From Acidimicrobiia bacterium (GTDB taxonomy: Bacteria > Actinomycetota > Acidimicrobiia > Spongiisociales > ZC4RG35), in NCBI GenBank assembly GCA_965203555.1, contig CBDBCY010000004.1, positions 256,001-320,000 of the forward strand: a DNA stretch of 64,000 nt, written 5' to 3'. How positions within the stretch are numbered: the stretch's first letter is position 1; every line of letters starts with the position of its first letter. The notes beneath the pieces were generated by a model. The model was not told where the DNA came from. It did not search any database and was given only the letters and a program-made list of their open reading frames with translations. The translations under genes and the position numbers were made by a program. This document shows, one piece after another, positions 20,227 to 30,543 of this stretch.

Positions 20227-21972
20227 TCATGGCCGGAGGGTCTCGAAGTTCACCGCCGCTATAGAACCGTTGGTTGGTGACCAACTGCCTATCCGAGGAC
20301 CCTTACCCCAAATCATGTCTGTAGTGGCGATGGGAAGCACCGCGTAGGTGTCGTAGATCAGGCTGACGGCATTGCCGGCCAGTTCCGCTCTCCTCCCCGG
20401 GTCAACTTCAGATCGGTATTGGCTGTAGATGTCGTCCAGTTCAGGATCGCCGAAGGCCGCGTAAAAGCCACCGACGTCCTTGCTGACGACCCCGATCCTC
20501 AGGGCGTTTTCCGTGGTCGTCCCGGCTGTGACGAACCAAAGGTGCGTGAAGGGCTCGGTGAAGTACGGGGCCTCGAGGAAATTCGGGCGGATGGTTGCGA
20601 AGTCGGTGGGCCTCAGCTGCGGGCTAAGCCCGGCTATGGTCCAAAAGGCCGCTACAGCTTCCTGTATCTGCGGGAACTCCGGCGTTGCGCCGAACGCGTA
20701 TTGGTACATCGTGATCTCCTGGCCGACCAGCCCCAGATCTTGAATTGCCTGCGCGGCGGCCGCGGGATCGTACGCGTATGGCGTCAGGCTGGGGTCGTGC
20801 CCCTCCTGGCTCGGAACCGCAGCGAAGCTGGCGGCTGGAGTGGCTGTCCCCTCGGGGTAGATGGCGGATACGATCGCTGCGACATCAACCGCTTTGATCA
20901 GAGCTTCGCGGGCAGCTTGGTTGTTGTAGAAGAACTCGGTCTTCCAGGGCATACCAAACGCCATGCTCAATGTCTGGACGCGTTTGGGCCCGGCAATCTC
21001 CAGGCCGGCCGCCAACACGTCGGGGGCCGTGAACGGGTCCATCAACGCAAGGTCGGCGTCTCCGCGCTCGAGCAGAGCCAATCGGCTGGTCGCTTCGGGA
21101 GCGAGGACTATGCGAAGGGTCTCGAATCCGGGTACCCGGTCGGGGTTCCAATACTCGGTGTTCGCCTTGAACTCGACGAACTCTCCAATGGCGCGATCGC
21201 TGAAGACATAGGGTCCGCTTCCGAGAGGATTGGCGTTGAACCCGTCGGCGCCCCCCACTGCTTCCCAATGGTGTTTCGGGATGATGGCAAGAGTGTCATT
21301 CACTCTGGTCAGGTCCCTGAGGAACAGGGCGTTCGGCTCCTTGAAGGTCACTTCCAGGCTGTATGTGCCCGTGACAATGGCAGAGTCGAAGTTCTTCTGC
21401 ATCTTTCCACAGGAGGTGCAGGCAGCGTTCTCGCCCGCGTACAACTCGAAGCTGAAGGCGACGTCCTCGGCGGTGACCTCCACGCCGTCGTGGAATGTCA
21501 TGCCCTCTCGGAGTGTGATCGTCCAGACCTTGGCGTCCGGGGAGGATTCGACAGCCGTGGCTGCACCGGTCTCGGTGGTCGGGTTTCCGTTGGCATCCAT
21601 ACCCAGGAGGAAATCAAAGGAGTTGCCCCAGTACGGCAGGTCGGGGTTGGAGGACCGGGTCGGATCAAGTAGTTCATTGCCGAAGGTTGGAATCGCGACG
21701 GTCACGGTCCCCGTGGGAACAACTTCCGGTGCGCCAAGGGTGGTAGACGTCGTTGCAGTCGGCGCCTCGGTCGTCGTGGTAGCCGGCGCCTCGGTCGTCG
21801 CGGGCGATTCTTCGGTTGTGGCCTCCGCCGCGGTGGTAGGTGCAGCGGTAGTCGGTGCTTGGGTTTGGGCGGTTGTAGTGGCGGCGGAGGTCGGGGGCGG
21901 GTCCGTATCACCGCCTCCACAAGCAGCGACTATAACCAGGAGAAAGGTAAGGAGAGACAGGTACCGTCTCAT
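20227..21972 (-). CDS. family-5 (peptide/nickel) ABC substrate-binding lipoprotein
   Basis: Lipobox VAAC, long Thr/Ala/Pro linker, LREGMTFHDG..TAEDVAFS and GSGPY motifs. Confidence 0.92.
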   Translation of the reverse strand: MRRYLSLLTFLLVIVAACGGGDTDPPPTSAATTTAQTQAPTTAAPTTAAEATTEESPATTEAPATTTTEAPTATTSTTLGAPEVVPTGTVTVAIPTFGNELLDPTRSSNPDLPYWGNSFDFLLGMDANGNPTTETGAATAVESSPDAKVWTITLREGMTFHDGVEVTAEDVAFSFELYAGENAACTSCGKMQKNFDSAIVTGTYSLEVTFKEPNALFLRDLTRVNDTLAIIPKHHWEAVGGADGFNANPLGSGPYVFSDRAIGEFVEFKANTEYWNPDRVPGFETLRIVLAPEATSRLALLERGDADLALMDPFTAPDVLAAGLEIAGPKRVQTLSMAFGMPWKTEFFYNNQAAREALIKAVDVAAIVSAIYPEGTATPAASFAAVPSQEGHDPSLTPYAYDPAAAAQAIQDLGLVGQEITMYQYAFGATPEFPQIQEAVAAFWTIAGLSPQLRPTDFATIRPNFLEAPYFTEPFTHLWFVTAGTTTENALRIGVVSKDVGGFYAAFGDPELDDIYSQYRSEVDPGRRAELAGNAVSLIYDTYAVLPIATTDMIWGKGPRIGSWSPTNGSIAAVNFETLRP

Positions 21973-22084
21973 GATCAGTGCTCCATTTCGGGATCTTGTC
22001 AACCGAACCCTAATAGCGGCAGTCGGATCATGCCCGTACACGATGCTTCTATTTTTCCAAAGCGGTATTCATCCGCTCTTCGAA

Positions 22085-22300
22085 GGTCCCTTTTGAAAAC
22101 CGGGAAGCCGGTGTTGGTATCGGAACATGGTCTTGGTGCTTGGCCGGTCGGTGTCGGTGTACCGCTGTGCTGGCGCGTGTTGTGTGCTGTTGGTGGACCA
22201 GACTTCGAAAACCCGTCGGCATCGGTTTTGTGACCGTGGTCGGGTGAGGTGAACAGCAAGGCTTGGCAATGATCCCCGGCCGCACGAAGCCGCCTTTGGC
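22085..22300. mobile_element. possible IS/MITE end remnant
   Basis: Non-coding, strongly G/T-skewed stretch ending ..TTTTCAAAAGGGACC on the minus strand; resembles the IS ends elsewhere in the window. No partner TIR found. Confidence 0.25.
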
Positions 22301-22350
22301 CAGGTTCCGATTCGGTCGCGCCTGGTGGCTCCGCTGGGTACTATCGTCGT

Positions 22351-23352
22351 ATGTCCGAGTGCAGCTTTGCTGTGATTCTGCCGAGTAATCACATCAGGGA
22401 AGCGATTCCATTGGCCAAGTTGGCGGATGCCGAGTCTGTCGATTCGCTCTGGACCATCGAAACGCGGCTGACAGGAGATGCGATCACCCCACTTTCGGTG
22501 TACGCAGCCAATACAGCCCGGATCCGCGTGGGTACGGCCGGGCTCCCGATTTGGACACGGCATCCCGCCCTGATTGCTCAGACATTCGCGACACTTCATG
22601 CGCTGGCGCCCGGCCGAGTAGTACTCGGTCTGAGCGCCTGGTGGAACCCGTTGGCGACTCGCGTAGGCCTTGGCCTGAAGAAGCCTGTTAGAGCCATGCG
22701 GGAGGTTATCGAATCGATCCGACTCCTTTTTACTGCAGAAGGTCCCGTAAGTTATGCCGGCGAATTTGTTCGGCTACGGGAGGTGCGGCTGGAGAACCGG
22801 CCTGATGACATGGACAAGATTCCCATCTACATAGGTGCAGTAGGCCCTCAGCTTCTGCGTTTGGCAACCCGCGTGGCGGATGGCATCGTGTTGAACGGCG
22901 GTCATACCGTGGCGGTAACGCGCCGCGAGGTCGAGGTCATCCGCGAGGAGGCGAAGAGGATAGGCCGCCCCTATGACGAGATTGACATTCTCAAGATGCT
23001 CCGGATCCGTGTCGATAACAACAAGAAGAGGGCGATTGCAGGACACAAACCGGAAGTTGCGCGGTACATTGCCGAACAAGCTCACATCGCCCGGTCCTCT
23101 GAAGCTGACCCTCGGCTGGTAACCCGCCTAAGATCGATGATGTCCTGGCCTTCATCCGAGAGCGAGGCCATTAGGGCAGCTGACCTGATCCCGGCTGGTC
23201 TCGTGGAAAGCCTCGGGTGTTACGGTGACCACCAAGAGGTGCGCGCCAGGATCCGTGAGTACATGGCGGCTGGAGTCACGATGCCTCTGCTGGTACCCGA
23301 TAACATCACGTATATGCGCCGAGCAGTGGACCTGATGTTGGAAGGCTGGTGA
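22351..23352 (+). CDS. LLM-class flavin/F420-dependent oxidoreductase (paralog)
   Basis: Same motifs as 19191..20213; TACTAT 6 nt before the ATG suggests a leaderless transcript. Confidence 0.9.
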   Translation: MSECSFAVILPSNHIREAIPLAKLADAESVDSLWTIETRLTGDAITPLSVYAANTARIRVGTAGLPIWTRHPALIAQTFATLHALAPGRVVLGLSAWWNPLATRVGLGLKKPVRAMREVIESIRLLFTAEGPVSYAGEFVRLREVRLENRPDDMDKIPIYIGAVGPQLLRLATRVADGIVLNGGHTVAVTRREVEVIREEAKRIGRPYDEIDILKMLRIRVDNNKKRAIAGHKPEVARYIAEQAHIARSSEADPRLVTRLRSMMSWPSSESEAIRAADLIPAGLVESLGCYGDHQEVRARIREYMAAGVTMPLLVPDNITYMRRAVDLMLEGW

Positions 23353-23434
23353 CATGATGTACTCAAGCTGCACACCGCGCCGGAACAATACGGTCGACTA
23401 GCCATCCACGGACGCGGTATCAAAGAGCGCTGCT

Positions 23435-24391
23435 GTGCTTGAAGTCACCAACCTTCAGGTCCATTTCACAACGAGACAGGGAACCGGGCGAGCCGTCGAC
23501 GGTGTTTCCTTTAAATTGGAGCGAGGCGAGACGTTGGGGTTGGTCGGCGAGTCGGGATGCGGCAAGAGTGTCACCGCCCTCTCGATCATCGGGCTACATC
23601 CAAGGCCTGCTTCAAGAGTTGTTGGCGGTGAGATAGAACTGGATGGGGAGTCCATTCTCGGTCTTTCGAATCGGGAGATGCGTAAGGTTCGAGGAGAACG
23701 TATTTCGATGATCCTCCAGGATCCCTTGACGTCGCTGAACCCGGTTCTCACGATTGGCAAGCAGGTGGGCGAACCGCTGCAGTTGCATCGCAACATGGAC
23801 AGGTCGGCGTCGCGCAACCGGGTGATCGAGTTGCTTCGTCAGTTACACATCCCCGAACCCGAGTCGAAGCTCGATGATCATCCCCACCAGTTCAGCGGTG
23901 GAATGCGTCAGAGAGTGGTGGGTGCGATCGCGTTGGCCGCAGACCCTGATCTACTTATTGCGGACGAACCAACCACCGCGCTGGATGTTACGCTCCAGGC
24001 TGCTTTTCTCGCTCATCTGAAGGCGATACAGAGAGAACGAGGTCTTGCGATTCTGTTCATCACTCATGACTTCAGCATCATCGCCAAGATGTGTGACAGG
24101 GTGGCTGTCATGTACGCAGGAAGGATTGTCGAGACTGGACCCACGGCTAAGCTGCTTTCCTCTCCAGAACACCCTTACACGCAAGCCCTCCTTGAATCCG
24201 TTCCGTCTGTCGACCGGGGCAGAAAGCGGCTCAATTCCATCAGGGGGAGTCCACCGTCTATCTACGATCTGCCGAAGGGATGCACTTTTGAACCGCGGTG
24301 CTCGTACGCCATGGACCGCTGCGGAGAGTCCTATCCTCTTCGATTCGACATCGCCGACGATCACTCAGTGAGTTGTTGGCTGCTGGAATGA
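23435..24391 (+). CDS. peptide ABC ATP-binding protein (DppD-like)
   Basis: GESGCGKS, FSGGMRQR, ADEPTTALD motifs and a C-terminal Cys cluster. Confidence 0.95.
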   Translation: MLEVTNLQVHFTTRQGTGRAVDGVSFKLERGETLGLVGESGCGKSVTALSIIGLHPRPASRVVGGEIELDGESILGLSNREMRKVRGERISMILQDPLTSLNPVLTIGKQVGEPLQLHRNMDRSASRNRVIELLRQLHIPEPESKLDDHPHQFSGGMRQRVVGAIALAADPDLLIADEPTTALDVTLQAAFLAHLKAIQRERGLAILFITHDFSIIAKMCDRVAVMYAGRIVETGPTAKLLSSPEHPYTQALLESVPSVDRGRKRLNSIRGSPPSIYDLPKGCTFEPRCSYAMDRCGESYPLRFDIADDHSVSCWLLE

Positions 24392-25407
24392 ACCACCCCG
24401 ACCCCATCATCGGCGTCAGAGACCTCAAAAAGCATTTTCCAATTCGTAGTGGAAATCTGCTGCCACGGAGGGACAGCAAGGTTGTTCGTGCTGTGGATGG
24501 TGTGACATTCAACCTGTATGCACGAGAAACCCTGAGCCTGGTTGGCGAATCCGGATCAGGCAAGACGACCACTGCCCGTATGATCCTGCGGCTCCTTACC
24601 CCTACGTCCGGCCGTGTCGTCTTCGAGGGGGAAGACGTGGCGAAGTTGCGGGGCGCCGAGCTAAGACACTATCGGGCATCGGTTCAGGCGGTGTTCCAGG
24701 ACCCTTGGAGTTCTCTCAATCCCCGCAAACGAGCTGAATCGATCATTGCTGAACCGATAGTCATCAACCAACCGTTGCCGAAGGCGGATCTTCGGGTTCG
24801 TGTTGAGGAACTTCTTGCGGCCGTTGGGCTTGGTCCCACTGTCATGAGGCATTACCCACATGAGTTCAGCGGCGGGATGCGTCAGCGCATTGCGGTTGCC
24901 CGTGCACTGGCGCTCAATCCATCCGTCATCATCCTTGACGAGCCCGTCTCAGCACTCGATGTCTCGATCCGGGCGCAGATCATGAACCTCCTCCGTGATC
25001 TCCAAGAGCGCTTCCATATCTCGTATCTACTCATCGCTCACGACCTGGCGACCGTTCGCTATCTGAGCGACAGAGTGGCTGTGATGTATCTCGGAAGACT
25101 GGTGGAGGTGGCTCCTTCAGAAGAGCTATTCGAAAACCCGCTGCATCCTTATACCCAGGCGCTAATCGCTGGGTCACGCTCGACGACAATGGTGGATGAA
25201 GAAGCAGCGCGTCTTCTGGCTTCCGACATACCGTCGCCTGTCAAGCCCCCCTCCGGCTGTGCCTTCTATGCCCGCTGTCCGGTCTCGGTAGCAGCAAGAA
25301 GCGACGACCCCATCTTCTACGAAAGAACCGTAACCGAGAGACCAGAACTCATTGAAGTCCGACCTGGTCACCTGGTGGCCTGCCATCAATTCGATCCCGA
25401 GGATTGA
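24388..25407 (+). CDS. peptide ABC ATP-binding protein (DppF-like)
   Basis: GESGSGKT, FSGGMRQR and DEPVSALD motifs; ATGA overlap with dppD. Confidence 0.95.
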   Translation: MNHPDPIIGVRDLKKHFPIRSGNLLPRRDSKVVRAVDGVTFNLYARETLSLVGESGSGKTTTARMILRLLTPTSGRVVFEGEDVAKLRGAELRHYRASVQAVFQDPWSSLNPRKRAESIIAEPIVINQPLPKADLRVRVEELLAAVGLGPTVMRHYPHEFSGGMRQRIAVARALALNPSVIILDEPVSALDVSIRAQIMNLLRDLQERFHISYLLIAHDLATVRYLSDRVAVMYLGRLVEVAPSEELFENPLHPYTQALIAGSRSTTMVDEEAARLLASDIPSPVKPPSGCAFYARCPVSVAARSDDPIFYERTVTERPELIEVRPGHLVACHQFDPED

Positions 25408-25621
25408 AAGGATGTGGGCGGAAGAGGTTCTTTCCGACTGGTGTAATCACTGTTCATGAGTCGGTATCTTCAGGAGTTCTGGCCGCTACGTTGAGTGACG
25501 ATCGTTGGCCCGTTAGGACCACTCCAGTGAAGGGTGCCTACGAGGTCAAGATCAGAGGCCAGTTTTGATATCTTCCATGCTGGCCACTCCCTCCCATTTT
25601 CCCAGGGAACAGCAACCCAGA

Positions 25622-25792
25622 ACCTGCCCAGCCGGTAAAGCCGCGTCGATCGGTCCGAAAGGATGGGCTCGGTTCGGGAAAGCCTGCACCGATTGTCCTC
25701 TCCGCAGTCGCTGTACCGCCTACAGAACAGAACGAACAAATACGGATACACCCCACGACCGATTACTGGTCCGAGCCTGCCGACAAATGAAA
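25622..25792 (+). pseudogene. IS1182-like transposase C-terminal fragment
   Basis: TCPAGK..PKG..FGKACTDCPLRSRCT..PHDRLLV aligns with TCPAGV..PKG..FAKACTGCGFRSRCT..PHDRLLV at ~49910-50060. Confidence 0.8.
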
Positions 25793-26084
25793 ACATCGAG
25801 AGACTCGCCGCCGGCTAGTTCGCCGCCCTGGACAGCCCCGTTGCCCATCGCTCAGGTAATGCTCCCCGTCATTGGGTCGGTTCTGTGGTCACCCCTGTCC
25901 CGGTGGGTTATGTTTTCCGCGGTTTTTCCACGGACGGCTTTGGGGTGGGTCCAGGTGCTGTGGCGGCTCCAGCAGTGCTGGTTGGGGTTCTACACCCTCA
26001 GTTTCTTTCCGCAGTTGATGCACAGACGCCCGTGAAGGTAGGTAGGGGCCGGTCGCCGAGCGGCTCGGGCCACTTCTCCTCGTA

Positions 26085-27518
26085 TCATCCGGCTGGTTCT
26101 ATTTCTTGGATTGTGAGGATGTACGAACCGGCGCTGTAGCCCTCGACGTGTACGGAGTAGGTACCGGTGGCCGGCGCTTCCCAGACCAGAAGGGATGACA
26201 GATCTTCGAGGTCTTCGTGGTCGTCGTTCCAGGCGAGCTGGTCCCCGTTGGAGTGAACGGAGACAATCGAGTCGGTGAGAGTGCCCAGTTCCACTCTTAT
26301 CTGGTACGTCTGGTTCTCGGTGGCTTCGAACACAAACACGTCGATATCGTCTCTGTATTCCAACCGTCCCTGGAGGGGGTGTTCCACCTCGACCGGAGAC
26401 CCGGCGTCGCCCGGATCCGGGTAGTCATCGATGTCCGAATCGAGAACCACAGTGTATGAGCCGTCGCTGTCCGCGGACACCCCGATGTAGTAGTCGCCGC
26501 TGGCCACCGGTTTCATAGACAACAAGTATCCGTCGCTCCGCCAGTCGCTGAACTCCACTTGAACCCCGTCGGCGTTGTAAACGGTCACAATGGGACTGAT
26601 AAGCGAATCCACATCGATCCTGTAGATCAAACCCTTCACCGCTTCGAACACGAACATGTCTACGTCGCCGGAGTATTCGATCACCCCATCTGCGGTCTCT
26701 CCCACGCCCACCCGGGAAACCTCGCTGTCTATCCGATCCGGATGGTCGTCCACAACATCGGACAACTCCACGATCACCATGTAAGTGCCGGCGCCATAGC
26801 CCTCCACCGCGATGTAGTAGTCACCACCGGTTGGCGCCCGCCAGACCAGCTGCGACGCCAAGGACCCGTCATAATCGTCGTTCGATCCCAATACGGTCTC
26901 GTCCTGGTCGTAAATGGTGAGAAACGAATCTCCCAAAGTGCCAAGGTCAACGCTTACCCTGTACAACCCGTTCTCCTCAGCTTGAAACACAAACACATCG
27001 ACATCGTCGGCATAATCCAGCACACCCTCAACGGCCTCTCCCACACCAACACGAGCCGAGGCATAAACCGGCAACTCAGGAAGACACCTCAAAAAGGGCG
27101 CCTCCAACTCGAAAAAACCAGTGTCCCTCTGGAAAAAGTTGTAAGCAACCAACTCGGAAGCAAGGGCGGATATCAAATCGGCCACGTCCATCTCAGCAAC
27201 CGACTCCTCCAAACAAGCAACCAACAGATTGATCGCGGCGAGGTCCGGACGCAGACGCTCCGGAAAAGGAATAGTCGTAGTAGTAGTCGGCGGCGGAGCC
27301 GTGGTGGTGGATGTGGTGGACGTCGGCAACGTCGTGGTGGACGTCGGCAACGTCGTGGTGGTGGTCGGCGTCGTGGTGGTTGTAGCTGCAGGCAAGGACG
27401 TCGTGGAAACCGTCTCGGGTCCCGTGCTGTCCTCATCACCACACGCCGACAACAACACGACAACCGCCAACAACAAACCAACCCCCACAAGCCGCCGGTC
27501 AAGGAACGAAGATCGCAT
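26085..27518 (-). CDS. lipoprotein with a Thr-rich linker and three PPC-like repeats
   Basis: Lipobox LSAC; TTTLPTS repeats; three DxDxFVFxA...G.Y repeats. Confidence 0.8.
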   Translation of the reverse strand: MRSSFLDRRLVGVGLLLAVVVLLSACGDEDSTGPETVSTTSLPAATTTTTPTTTTTLPTSTTTLPTSTTSTTTAPPPTTTTTIPFPERLRPDLAAINLLVACLEESVAEMDVADLISALASELVAYNFFQRDTGFFELEAPFLRCLPELPVYASARVGVGEAVEGVLDYADDVDVFVFQAEENGLYRVSVDLGTLGDSFLTIYDQDETVLGSNDDYDGSLASQLVWRAPTGGDYYIAVEGYGAGTYMVIVELSDVVDDHPDRIDSEVSRVGVGETADGVIEYSGDVDMFVFEAVKGLIYRIDVDSLISPIVTVYNADGVQVEFSDWRSDGYLLSMKPVASGDYYIGVSADSDGSYTVVLDSDIDDYPDPGDAGSPVEVEHPLQGRLEYRDDIDVFVFEATENQTYQIRVELGTLTDSIVSVHSNGDQLAWNDDHEDLEDLSSLLVWEAPATGTYSVHVEGYSAGSYILTIQEIEPAG

Positions 27519-27948
27519 CCCAATCACCCATTTCGGACTGTTGGCGGGACGGGTCACGCAGATTGCACGATCACCGCTGCTAGGGCCGAGCAGTTCAGCC
27601 CCCACGTTCAAATCCTGTTGTGGATCAAATCCTGTCGTGCTCTGTGCATGCTTAATGGTTTGGCCCCTTGGGCAGTTTCCGATGTCGTTTGCCGATCGGG
27701 GTTGTCCTTTTTCTCTATGCATGTCGCTCTTTCGGGTGTGTGCTTTCTATTGTAGACATATCAATAGGGGGGTAGACGTATGGTGAGTGTATGGCTATTG
27801 TGGGGTTTGCAAGCAATTCGAGGGGTTTCGTCATGCCTGCAATACGGGGGAGGGTATTTCTGTCTGGTGTTCTCCGATGCAAAGAAGGTGGGAGGTTGGG
27901 TAGTGGGTGTGACAAGGTTGAGGTTGCAGCCCCGGATGGTGATGCAGA

Positions 27949-28013
27949 TGGCGGTGACTCGTGTTGTGTTTGCCGGCTGATCGTAAGGGGCTTTGGCGGT
28001 GACTCGTGTTGTG
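27949..28013 (+). repeat. perfect 20-bp direct repeat, 45-bp period
   Basis: TGGCGGTGACTCGTGTTGTG at 27949-27968 and 27994-28013. Confidence 0.85.
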
Positions 28014-28140
28014 ATCTTGGATTGATCCAGGTTGTCTGTGTTGGCTTTGTGAGGATGTCGAGGTCTCTGAACTAGCCCGTTATCAGATATACTTTGGCCG
28101 AAGGGCGACGCGGCCCGAACCCTAGTCGGAAGGGGGAGCA

Positions 28141-30543
28141 TTGGTGCGATCAGGCCAGCATGATCGAGAGTTGCTGGCGTTGAAGGATCGTCTGTCGCGG
28201 CTTAGCCAGGCCAGCCTGCGCATTAACGAGAGTCTGGACTTCGATACAGTGCTTCAGGGTGTTCTCGATTCGGCTCGGTCTTTGACTGGTGCCCGTTATG
28301 GGGTGATGACGCTGTTCGATCACGGGGGCTGGGTGGAGGAGTTTCTGTCCTCGGGTATAACCGCCGGGAAGGCCGAGCTGCTGTGGCAGGTCCAGGACGG
28401 GTTGCAGGTCTTTGAGGCGCTGACTGAAGCCTCGGAGCCTCAGAGGCTCCCCGATTTGGTGGAGCATCTCCGGTCTCTGGGCTTTAGCAAGTTCGCTTCA
28501 CCTCTGCGGGCTGGGGTTTCGTCCTTCCTGGCGGCGCCTATGTTTCATCGGGGTGTTCGGGTGGGTCATGTGTTCTTGGCGGGTAAGGAAGATGGGGAGG
28601 AGTTCACCCGGGCGGATGAGGAGACTCTGGTGATGTTCGCCTCGCAGGCGGCGCTGGTTATCGCCAACGCCCGCCAGCACCGGGAGGTAAGGCAGGCCAG
28701 GTCGGATTTGGAGACTTTGGTGGACACCTCTCCGGTGGGTGTTGTGGTTCTGGATGCCCGGACGGGAGCGCCGGCGTCGTTCAACCGGGAGACTATGCGT
28801 ATTGTGGATGGCCTGCGGGAAGGGGAACAGCCGGTGCAGGATCTGTTGGACTTGATGACTTTCGTGCGTTCCGACGGCCGGGAGGTCTCCCTCAGGGAGT
28901 TGCCGCTGGTCGAGGCATTGAGGTCCGGTGAGACGGTCCGCGCCGAGGAGATCGTGCTGAGGGTGCCCGACGGGCGAAGCGTCAGCGTTCTGCTCAACGC
29001 CACGCCAATCCACTCCGACGACGGCCATTTGGCATCCTTCGTCGTGACCATCCAGGACATGACCCCCCTCAAGGAGCAGGAGCGGCTACGGGCCGAGTTC
29101 CTGGCCATGGTGAGCCACGAACTGATGATGCCCCTGGCCGCTGTAAAGGGATCAGTCACCACCTTGCTGGAGACCGCCGGTGACCTGGACCTTGCAGAGA
29201 TGAGTCAGTTCTTTCACATAATTCGCGACCAGTCGGACCAGATGAGGCACCTGATCGGTGACCTCCTGGACGTAGCCCGCATCGAGACCGGCACCCTCCC
29301 GGTGTCCCCCAAACCCGCCGACCTGCGCCACATAGTGGGTGAAGCCAAAATCAGGTTCGAGAGCGGAGACACAAGGACCGCCCTGAATGTGGACCTGCCA
29401 GCAGACCTACCCCTGGTGATGGCCGACCGGCGGCGCATCGTCCAAGTGCTGAGCAACCTGCAGGCCAACGCCGCCGCGTACTCACCGGACGGGTCGCGGG
29501 TGCTGGTGACCGCCGTCCGGGAGGGCGTACACGTGGAGGTTTCGGTCTCCGACCAGGGACAGGGAATACAACCGGAACAACTACCCAAGCTGTTCCACAA
29601 GTTCTCCCGGGCACCCGGCGTCGATCGGTCGGGTCTGCGTCTTGCCGTCTGCAGAGGTATCGTGGAGGCCCACGGAGGCCGTATCTCGGCCGAGAGCGAC
29701 GGTCCCGGTCTCGGAGCGCGGTTCGCGTTCACCCTGCCGGTGGCGGAGCACACCGCAACCCCTGTTCCCGTACCGGCTGCCCCCGATTCGCGATCGCCAG
29801 CCCAGGTGCGGGTCTTGGCCGTTGACGACGACCAGCAGGCGCTGAGGTACGTCCGCGAAGCGCTGGCCAGAGCGGGCTACGCGCCCATCGTGACCGGCGA
29901 CCCCGCCGAGGTACCCCGTCTTATGGCCGAAGAGAAACCCCATGTCGTGCTGTTGAACCTGGTACTGCCAGGAAACAACAGCACGGAACTGATGAACGAG
30001 ATCCTGAACACGGCGGACGTGCCGGTCATCCTCCTGTCTGTGTACAGCCAAGACGAAACCGTGGCAAGGGCTTTAGACAAAGGAGCCGCCGACTATCTGG
30101 TAAAACCGTTCTCACCGACGGAACTGGCCGCCAGGATACGCACCGCCCTCCGCAAACGGCTGGATCCCTTCCATAACGAACCCTCCGGACCCTACACCAC
30201 CGGACGCCTCAGCATCGACTACACCCAGCGCCGGGTGACCGTGGATGGGGAGCCGGTGAAAACGACCGCAACGGAATACGCTCTGTTATACGAACTGGCG
30301 ACGAACGCTCCGAGGGTGCTGCCCCATAGCGTGCTGTTACAACGGGTCTGGGGTCCCGAGAGAGTCGGCGAGGCATGGCTGGTGCGAGACGTAGTGAAAA
30401 GACTCCGACGCAAACTAGGCGACAACGCCGACAGCCCCACATACATCTTCACCGAACCACGCGTCGGCTACCGAATGGCGACAGAGAGACCCAGCAACGG
30501 CAAGCGACAAGAAACGGCTGACCCAGCACACTCCCTCCGCTGA
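28141..30543 (+). CDS. hybrid GAF-PAS-histidine kinase-receiver-OmpR wHTH protein
   Basis: SHEL H-box, N/G1 boxes, AVDDD..KPF receiver, and KRLRRKL..YIFTEPRVGY wHTH. Confidence 0.9.
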   Translation: MVRSGQHDRELLALKDRLSRLSQASLRINESLDFDTVLQGVLDSARSLTGARYGVMTLFDHGGWVEEFLSSGITAGKAELLWQVQDGLQVFEALTEASEPQRLPDLVEHLRSLGFSKFASPLRAGVSSFLAAPMFHRGVRVGHVFLAGKEDGEEFTRADEETLVMFASQAALVIANARQHREVRQARSDLETLVDTSPVGVVVLDARTGAPASFNRETMRIVDGLREGEQPVQDLLDLMTFVRSDGREVSLRELPLVEALRSGETVRAEEIVLRVPDGRSVSVLLNATPIHSDDGHLASFVVTIQDMTPLKEQERLRAEFLAMVSHELMMPLAAVKGSVTTLLETAGDLDLAEMSQFFHIIRDQSDQMRHLIGDLLDVARIETGTLPVSPKPADLRHIVGEAKIRFESGDTRTALNVDLPADLPLVMADRRRIVQVLSNLQANAAAYSPDGSRVLVTAVREGVHVEVSVSDQGQGIQPEQLPKLFHKFSRAPGVDRSGLRLAVCRGIVEAHGGRISAESDGPGLGARFAFTLPVAEHTATPVPVPAAPDSRSPAQVRVLAVDDDQQALRYVREALARAGYAPIVTGDPAEVPRLMAEEKPHVVLLNLVLPGNNSTELMNEILNTADVPVILLSVYSQDETVARALDKGAADYLVKPFSPTELAARIRTALRKRLDPFHNEPSGPYTTGRLSIDYTQRRVTVDGEPVKTTATEYALLYELATNAPRVLPHSVLLQRVWGPERVGEAWLVRDVVKRLRRKLGDNADSPTYIFTEPRVGYRMATERPSNGKRQETADPAHSLR

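Noticed and set aside
27280-27420. Tandem GTG/GTC-rich repeats (also 21750-21900 and 8440-8500)
   Set aside because: They encode Thr/Ala/Pro-rich lipoprotein linkers.
27949-28013. Mini-CRISPR array
   Set aside because: Only two 20-bp non-palindromic repeats, with no further units and no cas genes.
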